Source: Patescibacteria group bacterium
Lineage (GTDB): Bacteria; Patescibacteriota; UBA1384; XYA2-FULL-43-10
Direction of reading: 5' to 3'
Assembly (NCBI GenBank): GCA_041674405.1
Contig: JBAYVT010000003.1
Location: 74,074-138,073, forward strand
DNA: 64,000 bases
Positions 56,056-64,000 of this stretch are shown piece by piece (positions within the stretch are counted from its first letter, which is position 1; each line of letters opens with the position of its first letter). A program made the position numbers and the translations under genes. The notes below the pieces were generated by a model. The model saw only the letters and a list, made by a program, of their open reading frames with translations, did not search any database and was not told where the DNA came from.

Positions 56056-56207
56056 GTGTATTGGCTGCGCCAAGTAGAAAGTGTAAAGCGTAAAGTGCAA
56101 AGTTTTTGAATCGCTTTTCACTTTGATCTTTTCACTTTAACCTGACGAAGTCTCCTAATTACTTATTAACAAATTGATATTACAACATTTTGCTTGTTTT
56201 TACAAGC

Positions 56208-57392
56208 TTAATTCGTCTTCGGTTGTTCTACTGGCTGAACCAGTTTACCGTTCATCTCTTTCGTGTATTCCCGAATTTTTTGAATAATGGCCGACGAGCC
56301 GTTCTCAAGCGTAACATCAGACACTTCGAAACCGGCAGCTTGCGAATGGCCGCCCCCAGAAAATAGTTTCGCTATAGCAGAAACGTCGACACCTTTTTCG
56401 ACTGAACGAAGCGAGCCGTTCAAAATTCCGCCTTTTTCAGAGAGTAAAAGAACAAATTTGGCGCCAGAAACGGTTTTCAAAAGCTCGTCGATCACTCCAC
56501 CAGATTCAGACTCAGCTGCACCCACTTCAACATAATCATTGGCAGAAAGAGAACTCCAGACAAAGCCATAATCTTTTTCGTCGTGGATATTGGCGAGTGC
56601 TCGGCCCCAAAGTCGTAGTGTTGAAAGAGGCCGTGTTTTATAAATATTTTTGATAATTTCGTCGCGCTTGGCACCAGCTGCTACCAACTGGGCTGCGACA
56701 GTAAGCGATTTCGGAGTTGTATTCGTATTTTGGAACGAGCCGGTATCGGTGACTATTCCGGTAAGTAAAAGGGTGGCAATCTTTTCATCGAATGGCGATT
56801 TTTCCGGCGATAGTGCTTCCAACAAAGAAACCAATATCTCTGCAGTTGAGGTTGATGTCACATCGACCAAGTTCACTTGGCCAAAATAATCATTGCCGGA
56901 ATGATGATCAATGTTTATGACCGGTGTCTCATAAAACAGATCGGGATTTTTTTCAAATGGCGTGCCCAACCGTTCGAGATCTGGAGAATCCAATACTATA
57001 ATAAGATCAAAATTGAAGCCCCCTTCCGGAAATTCAACCATCTCTTTCGTAAATACGCCCGATTTCGGCGAAATGATAATATTGAGCTTATCATCAGAAA
57101 CCTTATACATTATTTTGTCAGCTTTCACATCCTTGGTCGAAAGGGAGATAACAAAATCGCGAACACCGGCAAAATCACGGGAAATTTCGGAGACATTTGG
57201 CAAAAAATTGAAGACCTCCGGAGTAGGCTCGTTGCAGACGGAAATTGCTTCCTTGCCGATGTTTTTGAAGAATGACAAAAGCGCCAGAGAGCTGCCAAGA
57301 GCATCTCCATCAGGATCCTTGTGGGTGAGAATTAAAATCTTTTTCGCCTCCTTAATTCTCGTCACCGCTTGTTGTTTGGGCGAAAGTTCCAC
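56208..57392 (-). CDS. nrnA: bifunctional oligoribonuclease/pAp phosphatase NrnA (DHH-DHHA1)
   Basis: ILILTHKDPDGDALGSSLAL DHH motif. GGGHSQAAGF DHHA1 motif. Confidence 0.8.
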   Translation of the reverse strand: MELSPKQQAVTRIKEAKKILILTHKDPDGDALGSSLALLSFFKNIGKEAISVCNEPTPEVFNFLPNVSEISRDFAGVRDFVISLSTKDVKADKIMYKVSDDKLNIIISPKSGVFTKEMVEFPEGGFNFDLIIVLDSPDLERLGTPFEKNPDLFYETPVINIDHHSGNDYFGQVNLVDVTSTSTAEILVSLLEALSPEKSPFDEKIATLLLTGIVTDTGSFQNTNTTPKSLTVAAQLVAAGAKRDEIIKNIYKTRPLSTLRLWGRALANIHDEKDYGFVWSSLSANDYVEVGAAESESGGVIDELLKTVSGAKFVLLLSEKGGILNGSLRSVEKGVDVSAIAKLFSGGGHSQAAGFEVSDVTLENGSSAIIQKIREYTKEMNGKLVQPVEQPKTN

Positions 57393-57557
57393 TTAGTTAC
57401 TTAAGAACTTAGAAACTTATGAACCCAAGAACAGCTTGATACAATTTTGTCCTTTGGTTCTTCAGTCCTTTCGTTCTTCAGTTAATGATAAACACTCGAA
57501 TATAGCGGAAGGTGTTTTGAAAGTCAAGATGAATTTAAATGCAAACCGCAGTTCAAT

Positions 57558-57624
57558 GGCTAGCCTTGGCTAGTCGCCGCGCTGCTAGTCAATTTTCTAG
57601 CTGCTGTCTAGCCAAGTCTAGCAA
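57558..57624 (+). promoter_or_regulatory. inverted repeat (GGCTAGCCTTGGCTAGTCG ... GTCTAGCCAAGTCTAGCAA) upstream of the rpsT promoter
   Basis: 17/19 complementary arms about 30 nt apart. Confidence 0.3.
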
Positions 57625-57645
57625 TATTTCGGCTATCATTATTCC

Positions 57646-57674
57646 TTTACAATTGTTTTTCTTTCTGCTACAAT
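57646..57674 (+). promoter_or_regulatory. sigma-70-type promoter for rpsT (TTTACA - 17 nt - TGcTACAAT)
   Basis: Hexamers read from the sequence. AAGGAAAT SD and ATG 57701 follow. Confidence 0.5.
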
Positions 57675-57700
57675 CAGTTTCGTATCAATAAGGAAATATT

Positions 57701-57961
57701 ATGCCAATCAAAAAATCAGCAAAAAAGACACTACGCATAGAGCACACAAGAACTGCACAAAACGACCTTACTAGGGCTAAGATTAAGGGTGCACTCAAAG
57801 GCGCAAAGATTGCTATAACCAAAGGCGAGAAAGATGCCGATAAAAAAATTTCCGCCGCATACAGAGAGCTCGACATCGCTTCAAAAAAGAACGTCATCCA
57901 TAAAAATAAAGCCGCCCGTCTTAAATCAAGGTTGGCAAAAAAAGTTTCTAAATCTGCATAG
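57701..57961 (+). CDS. rpsT: 30S ribosomal protein S20
   Basis: MPIKKSAKKTLRIEHTRTAQNDLTRAKIKGALK...KNKAARLKSRLAKKV. Confidence 0.85.
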   Translation: MPIKKSAKKTLRIEHTRTAQNDLTRAKIKGALKGAKIAITKGEKDADKKISAAYRELDIASKKNVIHKNKAARLKSRLAKKVSKSA

Positions 57962-57964
57962 ATT

Positions 57965-58001
57965 AAAAAAATCACCAAGGATACGCCAAGGTGATTTTTT
58001 A
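57965..58001. terminator. bidirectional rho-independent terminator (aaaaaaatcacc ... ggtgatttttt)
   Basis: Stem atcacc/ggtgat with A-run and T-run, between convergent rpsT and the giant surface protein gene. Confidence 0.55.
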
Positions 58002-58014
58002 TTTTGCAAAAATT

Positions 58015-61000
58015 TTATTGCCCAAATATTCTGACCCAGCTAAATGCTTTTTGAAAGGCCTGAATAATCAGATTAAGCGCCGATTGCTGGGCCCGTTGTG
58101 TGATTACGGCGTTATCTTCACTCAAACCAATATTGCCGGCAGCATCTTTAGACACTGCACGCAAATGATAAGTTTTTGAGGGATCTAGATTGGAAATAAC
58201 CACTACATGGGCATTCGAATACGAGAGATCTTCTTGAGTTTTCGATCCATATGAATCAGACGATACTCCTTCGCCATATTCAACTTGTGATGTTCCCGGC
58301 TCATCTGTTCTCCAGGAAACCACAATCTGTGCTTTATTTCCATCACTGCCCGATGCGGTTTTCGACTCAATAGTTAAATCAGTAACTACTGGCGGCCTGG
58401 AATCCAGGGCGGTCTTAAAAGTATTTGTATCAGAAGTGGCAGTATTTCCATACTGATCAATGCCGGTTGCGTAGACCTGATACTGCGTGTTGTCGCTTAA
58501 ATTACCAATCTCCAAAGAATGCTCCTTTACTTTCTCCGATGAAGAAATTTCTTTGAAACTGCCACCGATGGGCCCGAAATGGATCGAGGAAGTGGTTTCC
58601 ACATTTGTGGTCCACGTGACGCTCATAGTGGCGTATGGCTTATCCGTGACCGGTTGAAAGCGCAAATTGGTTATTTTTGGCGCCGGCGGTGTAGCGAATG
58701 TTGCACCACCAGAAAAATCCGCGCCTAACGAAGTGACCGCGTCAATCGCAATCTGATAATTTGTTCCTGGCTCTAAGTTACTAAGCTCATATGTGAAGGC
58801 TGTTGCTTGGCCAGGCAAAGGCACAGGATCCCCGTAAACCCCTGCCCCATACCGAATCGAAATACTGGATAAATAATTTGTTTGAAATGAAAGTAACGCC
58901 CGCGTCGGGGAAATTGTTTCTGCTTTGGGATTAATTATTCGCGGAGTAGTTGCCGTAGTTGTTTCAAACCATTCGGATTCTCCAGCGTTCGCCGACTGAT
59001 CAAGCCACACAAGCTTGTAGCGGTACGTTTTTTCCGGTTTCAAGCCGACTACCGTTACATTATGCGATAAGCCATAAGTTTGATTACCCTGTTCTGACAC
59101 ATAGACATTGCCATCATATACTTGAACAAGCGAGGTTGTATTTTTGCTTGATGTCCAAGTAACCGCCATCGATGACGGCCCTGCAGTGACATAGGGCCCA
59201 TCTATGATGTGGGCAATGCCGGTGGAACAGAAAATTGCCGTTTGCCAAGAGGATAAATTACCAGCATGATCTTTTGACCTTACATAGAAAACGTTGTCAC
59301 CTTCCTGCATCGGGGACACCGTCATTGTGGTGTCTGTAATAAATGCCACTGGCCCATTTGTCCAACGTTTATATTCATATCCCGCCAGGCTGGATCCGCC
59401 AGAATCCGAGGCATCCGGCCAGGTGAATGTAAATGTTGATGCCGTTGAACATCCCGTTGGAGAAGCATTGATATATTCTGGTGGTTGAGGCGTAACAGTT
59501 TCATATTTGTAGACAAGATATACCTCTGGGGCAACCAAATCATTAGGCGGACCGGCATCATTTTGTGTCTGGATGATTAGATAATATGTGCTGCCCGTCA
59601 CAAGCTCATCTGATACGGTATAATTCTGAGTTGCCCCAATCGCTCCTACATGTGCTTGATAATCACCCGCAGTAGAAGGAATAGCAGACGGATCCGTTCC
59701 AAAATATACCCAATACCCTTTTATGCCAGATTCATTGTCTGCTGCTCCCGACCATTCAAAGTACGGAGCCCCGAAATTATACCAATTATTGGTGGTAAGT
59801 TCGGTCCCTTTTGCTGCAGTGTCATATGCATGAAAAGTAGTCGGATTTTCTGGTGGGGTTACATCGCCTTGCTCTTCAGCGGATAACGATAAAAAAGTAT
59901 CTGGAGCACTCTGGTTGTTGTATTCGGTCAAAAGCCAATCGGCGCTGCGGGCAGTACTTGATACTCTGATATCCTCCAAACTGCCTTGAAAATTTTTCTC
60001 GTAAGCCAAAGAGCCGCTTGATTTTCCTATCAATAAACTACCGGTATTGGCAGCTATTGCCATGGCTTTTGACTTAGTCCCTTTTGAAACGCCGTTTTCT
60101 AAAATTGTCAGGGTACTGCCATCGTATGTTCCTGCTACTTGTGTCCATGTACTCGCAGCTAATGCATCGGATGAATATACTGCCGCACCTTCCCCTGTCT
60201 GCCAAATTGCATGGTTAGTATGATCCGGAGTAGTAAATATTTTTCCATCATACACCCCGGCACTCACTACACCGGCGCCATATGTGGCTGCCTTTGTCCA
60301 CCCAACACCGTCATCATATCTTTCAAGAGTCCCCAGATAATTGCCTCCTCTTGTGCCCGCATAAAGCTTTCCATTGTATGAAACTAACGCATAGACATTG
60401 TATGTGGTGGCAGTGCCAGACAAGGCAGTCCAAGTTGTGCCACCATCAAAACGATAGGCAGTAGTGGTAGCTACAGAAGCATATATTGTATCGTTAAATA
60501 CCAACAATTTGCCCACATTACCCGGGGATCCGATACTGGTCCATGTCGTGCCTCCGTCGTAGCGATAAACTCCAGTACCGCCAGCATATAATTGGCCATT
60601 GAAAATGACCAAGCTATTCACACCGGCCATTGCGCCCGGGCACCCCACGCTGGTCCATGTCGTGCCTCCGTCGTAGCGATAAACCACGCAGGCCGCACCA
60701 TACGTCCCTGCATAAATTTTTCCATTGTATACAACCATCGAATTTACCCCGCGGTTCAGCGAAGAGCCAACTGCAGTCCACGTGGTATTTCCATCCCATT
60801 CAAAGATTGTGCCTGTACCATTACTCCCCGTACCCGTACCGATGTAAAGTTTTCCACCAAACACTACGAAGCTGGCGGCGCCATTCCATGTCATATTGGT
60901 TATAGTACCTACGCCTGTCCAGGTTGGGCCATCATCGAGCCGATATATAGTACCATTATCGCCAAAAATAAATAATTTTCCGTTAAAGACAATTTGAGCC

Positions 61001-61836
61001 GGCGTCCACCAAGTCCCGGTTGCAGGATTTCCGAGATTTACCGCCGTCTCAGCACCGGTTGTAATCTGAAAATATGGCTTGTCATCATGACCAACTTTCA
61101 GAGAGTAATTGCTTTTCGACACCACACTATTTATCTCTGAACCAGAATCGCGTTTGACCCAACCCTGAAGAGTTAGGTTTGATGTAATATCAAGACTATC
61201 GGAATCCCCGACAGAAACCTGCCCAGTTAATCCATCAAACCCGAGTGCTTTATTGATTTCACCCGTTGCACCGTATGTAATTCCGCTCGCAGAGGCAGTG
61301 CCATCGTTATTATTCGCAGTTGAATCATAAAGCGTGCCTGATGCTTCATTATAATGCTGAACCATTTTATAATTTGTATCCCAAACATTGGTTGGATCAG
61401 CTTGCGGAGAGCAAGAATCATTGCCATAGTACAAATACAATATGGTATCGGAAGTTGAAGAAATATTGGATTTAACCCACGCAACTGTTGCTCCCGTTGA
61501 AGAATTGTAGTTCTCAAGCTCATACGGAATTTTGGTCGATCCGTCGGAGGACGTGAACAATAAATCGTCGCCATCAGTTTGAGCATGGGCGACAATATCG
61601 GAGTCTGACGCAAGTTTAATAAGGACCGGAAAGCTGGACTGATTGGAAGCAACTAACGTGTGGTCTATCGTAACAACTTTCCGATAACGCCAAGCATAAT
61701 CATACCAAGACGATGCGTTTGCTTTTTTCTGGTCCTGCCGCATAAGAAAAGTATTCACAACAGCAAAAGTGACAATGGATATTATCACCAAAATCAGCAA
61801 GAAGCTATTCCTTTTTCCCTTCTTTCCCCTCAACAT
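58015..61836 (-). CDS. giant (1273 aa) secreted/surface protein: N-terminal TM/signal, DUF2341-like and LamG-like jelly-roll, Kelch/beta-propeller repeats (YDGGTTWTxxG), Fn3-like C-terminal modules
   Basis: N-terminal hydrophobic anchor. DGDDLLFTSSDGSTKIPYELENY...VAWVKS (DUF2341-like). LamG-like ...GSLEDIRVSSTARSADW. At least seven repeats of Y(R)YDGGTTWT. Confidence 0.7.
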   Translation of the reverse strand: MLRGKKGKRNSFLLILVIISIVTFAVVNTFLMRQDQKKANASSWYDYAWRYRKVVTIDHTLVASNQSSFPVLIKLASDSDIVAHAQTDGDDLLFTSSDGSTKIPYELENYNSSTGATVAWVKSNISSTSDTILYLYYGNDSCSPQADPTNVWDTNYKMVQHYNEASGTLYDSTANNNDGTASASGITYGATGEINKALGFDGLTGQVSVGDSDSLDITSNLTLQGWVKRDSGSEINSVVSKSNYSLKVGHDDKPYFQITTGAETAVNLGNPATGTWWTPAQIVFNGKLFIFGDNGTIYRLDDGPTWTGVGTITNMTWNGAASFVVFGGKLYIGTGTGSNGTGTIFEWDGNTTWTAVGSSLNRGVNSMVVYNGKIYAGTYGAACVVYRYDGGTTWTSVGCPGAMAGVNSLVIFNGQLYAGGTGVYRYDGGTTWTSIGSPGNVGKLLVFNDTIYASVATTTAYRFDGGTTWTALSGTATTYNVYALVSYNGKLYAGTRGGNYLGTLERYDDGVGWTKAATYGAGVVSAGVYDGKIFTTPDHTNHAIWQTGEGAAVYSSDALAASTWTQVAGTYDGSTLTILENGVSKGTKSKAMAIAANTGSLLIGKSSGSLAYEKNFQGSLEDIRVSSTARSADWLLTEYNNQSAPDTFLSLSAEEQGDVTPPENPTTFHAYDTAAKGTELTTNNWYNFGAPYFEWSGAADNESGIKGYWVYFGTDPSAIPSTAGDYQAHVGAIGATQNYTVSDELVTGSTYYLIIQTQNDAGPPNDLVAPEVYLVYKYETVTPQPPEYINASPTGCSTASTFTFTWPDASDSGGSSLAGYEYKRWTNGPVAFITDTTMTVSPMQEGDNVFYVRSKDHAGNLSSWQTAIFCSTGIAHIIDGPYVTAGPSSMAVTWTSSKNTTSLVQVYDGNVYVSEQGNQTYGLSHNVTVVGLKPEKTYRYKLVWLDQSANAGESEWFETTTATTPRIINPKAETISPTRALLSFQTNYLSSISIRYGAGVYGDPVPLPGQATAFTYELSNLEPGTNYQIAIDAVTSLGADFSGGATFATPPAPKITNLRFQPVTDKPYATMSVTWTTNVETTSSIHFGPIGGSFKEISSSEKVKEHSLEIGNLSDNTQYQVYATGIDQYGNTATSDTNTFKTALDSRPPVVTDLTIESKTASGSDGNKAQIVVSWRTDEPGTSQVEYGEGVSSDSYGSKTQEDLSYSNAHVVVISNLDPSKTYHLRAVSKDAAGNIGLSEDNAVITQRAQQSALNLIIQAFQKAFSWVRIFGQ

Positions 61837-61870
61837 GTTACCTACATTTTATCCATTTTCAGGCAATCAA

Positions 61871-62428
61871 TCAAATATTATATCTCGGCAATCCAACTCC
61901 TTGAAAAACCGGGTAAATCATAAATATCGCTTTGCCAACAAAAAATCGTTTTTCCACCGGGCCGAAATATCTCGAATCATTTGATTGGGGCCGATTGTCG
62001 CCCATTAAAAAATATTCATTATTTTTCAGCGTCCACGTGCCGGATGGAAAAATCTCTGTCCCAGGCGAAATATATGATTCTTCGAGAGCTTTTCCGTTGA
62101 TATAAACTTTATTTTTGGCGATCACCACCTTTTCCGTCGGCAGGCCGATTACTCTTTTTAAATATTGTTTGTTTTGCGGATCGCCAGGATACTTAACAAT
62201 TACTACTTCTCCTCTCTCCGGGTCAGCCTCTCCGCGATAAAAACTTTTGTCAGATAGCATCATTTGCTTATTCATGAAGCTCGTTTCCATCGACACCCCG
62301 TCAACAAGAAATATCGAGTACCAGTATGAGTTTATTATCGTTACGACGATAACGACTAAAATTAACCATTTCAAGATATCAAAAAAAATACCCCCGCCAT
62401 ACAACAATTTTGAAATCGATGAATTCAT
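61871..62428 (-). CDS. lepB: signal peptidase I
   Basis: SPase I boxes: GVSMETSF (box B Ser), YLKRVIGLP (box D Lys), GDNRPQSNDSRYFG (box E). Confidence 0.85.
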   Translation of the reverse strand: MNSSISKLLYGGGIFFDILKWLILVVIVVTIINSYWYSIFLVDGVSMETSFMNKQMMLSDKSFYRGEADPERGEVVIVKYPGDPQNKQYLKRVIGLPTEKVVIAKNKVYINGKALEESYISPGTEIFPSGTWTLKNNEYFLMGDNRPQSNDSRYFGPVEKRFFVGKAIFMIYPVFQGVGLPRYNI

Positions 62429-63927
62429 TACTCAAATCCAGGTTCCCTAAGTGCGGCGAAACTACGCGCAACATAACTGACAATTGGAAAAAGAGATAGG
62501 CAAAATTCGTCTAAGCCGAGGCCGACCTTATCTGTCAAAAACCATTCAGGGATTATGAAATTGTGTTCTTCAAATCTCTTTGCCCATTCAACTTCGCAAT
62601 CAAGGACAATTGCATATGGCAGATATGCCTCAAATAATTCTATTACCGTCGGCGTATAAGGAATCGGTTTTGGGTTTGATAAAAATTTTTTAAAAGCCAA
62701 CCAGTTGGACAGCGCCTCGTTGCCAATTTGCGTTCGAAGCGGAATATTTGAAGCGGAAAATGCTACGATCAGGGCCGAAACCATCATACCAACCCAGAAA
62801 AATGAGGAGTAAGTCGAGATAAGTTGGAATCTCAGGCTTAGGATGAAGGCGGTTAATCCAAAGAGGAAAGTCAGGATTCCAATCAATCGATATTTTGCAT
62901 GAATACTTCTCGGGTTGACCTTGAAATAACCAAGCCGTGTTGTAATTGCATAAATCCCCGCAGAAACTATCGACATTTTTTTGCTGTAGAGGTGATTATT
63001 GATTCTACGCTCAATTTCGGCTCGGTCGGATGTCAAATTATTGCGAAATATTTTTGATAATAAAATTTTTTCATACCCCAAAAGACGATCATCAAACCTG
63101 CCTTTAGAGAAGGCAAATCCCCGCTCCCGATCAAGTATGACTATGTCTTTACGGCGGGCAAGGTCAATCAGCGTGGCGGCAATCTCACGAGAACCGACTT
63201 TGCCGCGAAACAAGGCTCCGACAATAGCCGGCGGCAACGCCATCGGCGGCGCAGATATTTCACGATCAGGCGAATCAATTTTATTGATTCGGTAGAGATA
63301 TCGCAGAAAAAATGTCATATAAAGGAACGTAATAATCGGTAGAACAAGCGCCAGAAGAAGCCAAACATTAAATTCAAGCCCGCGGAAGAAATTGATTATC
63401 TGGTCAATGATCGGGTGGTTTATCACTCCTTTTGGGATTTGGGCAACAATAGTAATCGTGGCGTATGCCGAAACTTGTGAAGCGTCATATTCTATCGTAT
63501 CTGGATCATTTACATACGTCTGCGTTGACCCAACTCCATGAATCGCTAGAATTTCGTGCTTCGTTTTGTAAGCAGAACCTTTTGGTAAGCTGAGCAGAAT
63601 CTTTAACTGGTCATAATATTCACCGCCATTATCCAAGACCGGAAGGCGGATTTCATCATATCCGTTCACCAACTCCGTTTTACCGACATTCTTGCCGTTT
63701 AATCTGATAATGCCATTATCGTCAACCGAGACACTAATAACAGAGTTTTGATTGCTATTCCCTATATTTATGCTCTCTACATCAGCCGAATATTTATTTG
63801 TTTGAATAAAGTTAAATGCCAAAAACGCAAGCAGAAAAACTCCGCAAAAGAAAATAAACTTGCGTGAGTAAAATCCAATAAGACCACTCCGTCTCTTAGC
63901 TACTTTTGCTGCACTTTTTTTGTTCAA
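62428..63927 (-). CDS. hypothetical membrane protein (N-terminal TM, extracytoplasmic domain, central multi-TM cluster; DUF2207-like topology)
   Basis: Hydrophobicity pattern only. 1-bp overlap with lepB. Confidence 0.5.
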   Translation of the reverse strand: MNKKSAAKVAKRRSGLIGFYSRKFIFFCGVFLLAFLAFNFIQTNKYSADVESINIGNSNQNSVISVSVDDNGIIRLNGKNVGKTELVNGYDEIRLPVLDNGGEYYDQLKILLSLPKGSAYKTKHEILAIHGVGSTQTYVNDPDTIEYDASQVSAYATITIVAQIPKGVINHPIIDQIINFFRGLEFNVWLLLALVLPIITFLYMTFFLRYLYRINKIDSPDREISAPPMALPPAIVGALFRGKVGSREIAATLIDLARRKDIVILDRERGFAFSKGRFDDRLLGYEKILLSKIFRNNLTSDRAEIERRINNHLYSKKMSIVSAGIYAITTRLGYFKVNPRSIHAKYRLIGILTFLFGLTAFILSLRFQLISTYSSFFWVGMMVSALIVAFSASNIPLRTQIGNEALSNWLAFKKFLSNPKPIPYTPTVIELFEAYLPYAIVLDCEVEWAKRFEEHNFIIPEWFLTDKVGLGLDEFCLSLFPIVSYVARSFAALREPGFE

Positions 63928-64000
63928 TCTCCCTCCGCGACACTTTATAAATCCAATAGTCCGTCGCGCCCCTCGTAGTGAAGATTTGTTTGCGAACCTG

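Noticed and set aside
58959-60975. Short ORFs on both strands inside the giant surface protein gene
   Set aside because: They are embedded in a continuous 1273-aa frame with a coherent domain architecture.
1-64000. Search for reverse transcriptase/DGR, integrase, transposase and Cas signatures
   Set aside because: No YxDD RT motif, tyrosine-recombinase R..H..R..Y tetrad, DDE transposase or Cas HD/RuvC motifs were recognised in any ORF. The mobile-element inference rests only on the tRNA repeat and GC islands.

Overview
This window is an AT-rich (about 38-42% GC) chromosomal segment from a bacterium. By inference it is an uncultivated monoderm, possibly Patescibacteria/CPR-like. Evidence: an LPXTG sortase-substrate protein, a giant DUF2341/LamG/Kelch/Fn3 surface protein, many small membrane or secreted proteins, and a compact housekeeping set. 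Motif-supported genes are: a heterodimeric ABC exporter pair, an OmpR-type two-component system, PHP phosphoesterase, M23 peptidase, a tandem CDGSH Fe-S protein, class I aminotransferase, GIY-YIG nuclease, tRNA-Asn(GUU), tRNA-Ser(GGA), rubrerythrin, rpoD-dnaG, NUDIX, def, EamA transporter, ppsA, recA-recX, a RodZ-like protein, ftsK, RNase J, family-4 UDG, purN, pnp-rpsO, nrnA, rpsT and lepB. The most notable features are as follows. (1) Isolated high-GC (55-65%) genes sit in the AT-rich backbone, including a PAICS-like purC-purE fusion and purN. (2) tRNA-Asn has a decayed direct repeat of its own 3' end 150 bp downstream, an att-site-like scar, and a GIY-YIG CDS overlaps the tRNA 5' end. (3) Two tandem hairpins with compensatory base changes lie upstream of the GIY-YIG gene. 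(4) A roughly 0.75 kb GC-rich, ORF-poor, hairpin-dense segment next to tRNA-Ser is a candidate structured ncRNA of unresolved identity. (5) An array of 45-bp repeat units carrying palindromes occupies the divergent response-regulator/PHP promoter region. (6) Two dispersed intergenic repeat families are present: a GGACTAAGGACTACTCACTA-like motif and AT-rich palindromic elements sharing CTAAATCCTAAAC. (7) A frameshifted Fn3 surface-protein gene. (8) Several unannotated small ORFs with strong SD sequences. No CRISPR array, reverse transcriptase, integrase or transposase was recognised. Coordinates for hand-mapped RNA and repeat features may be off by a few nucleotides.
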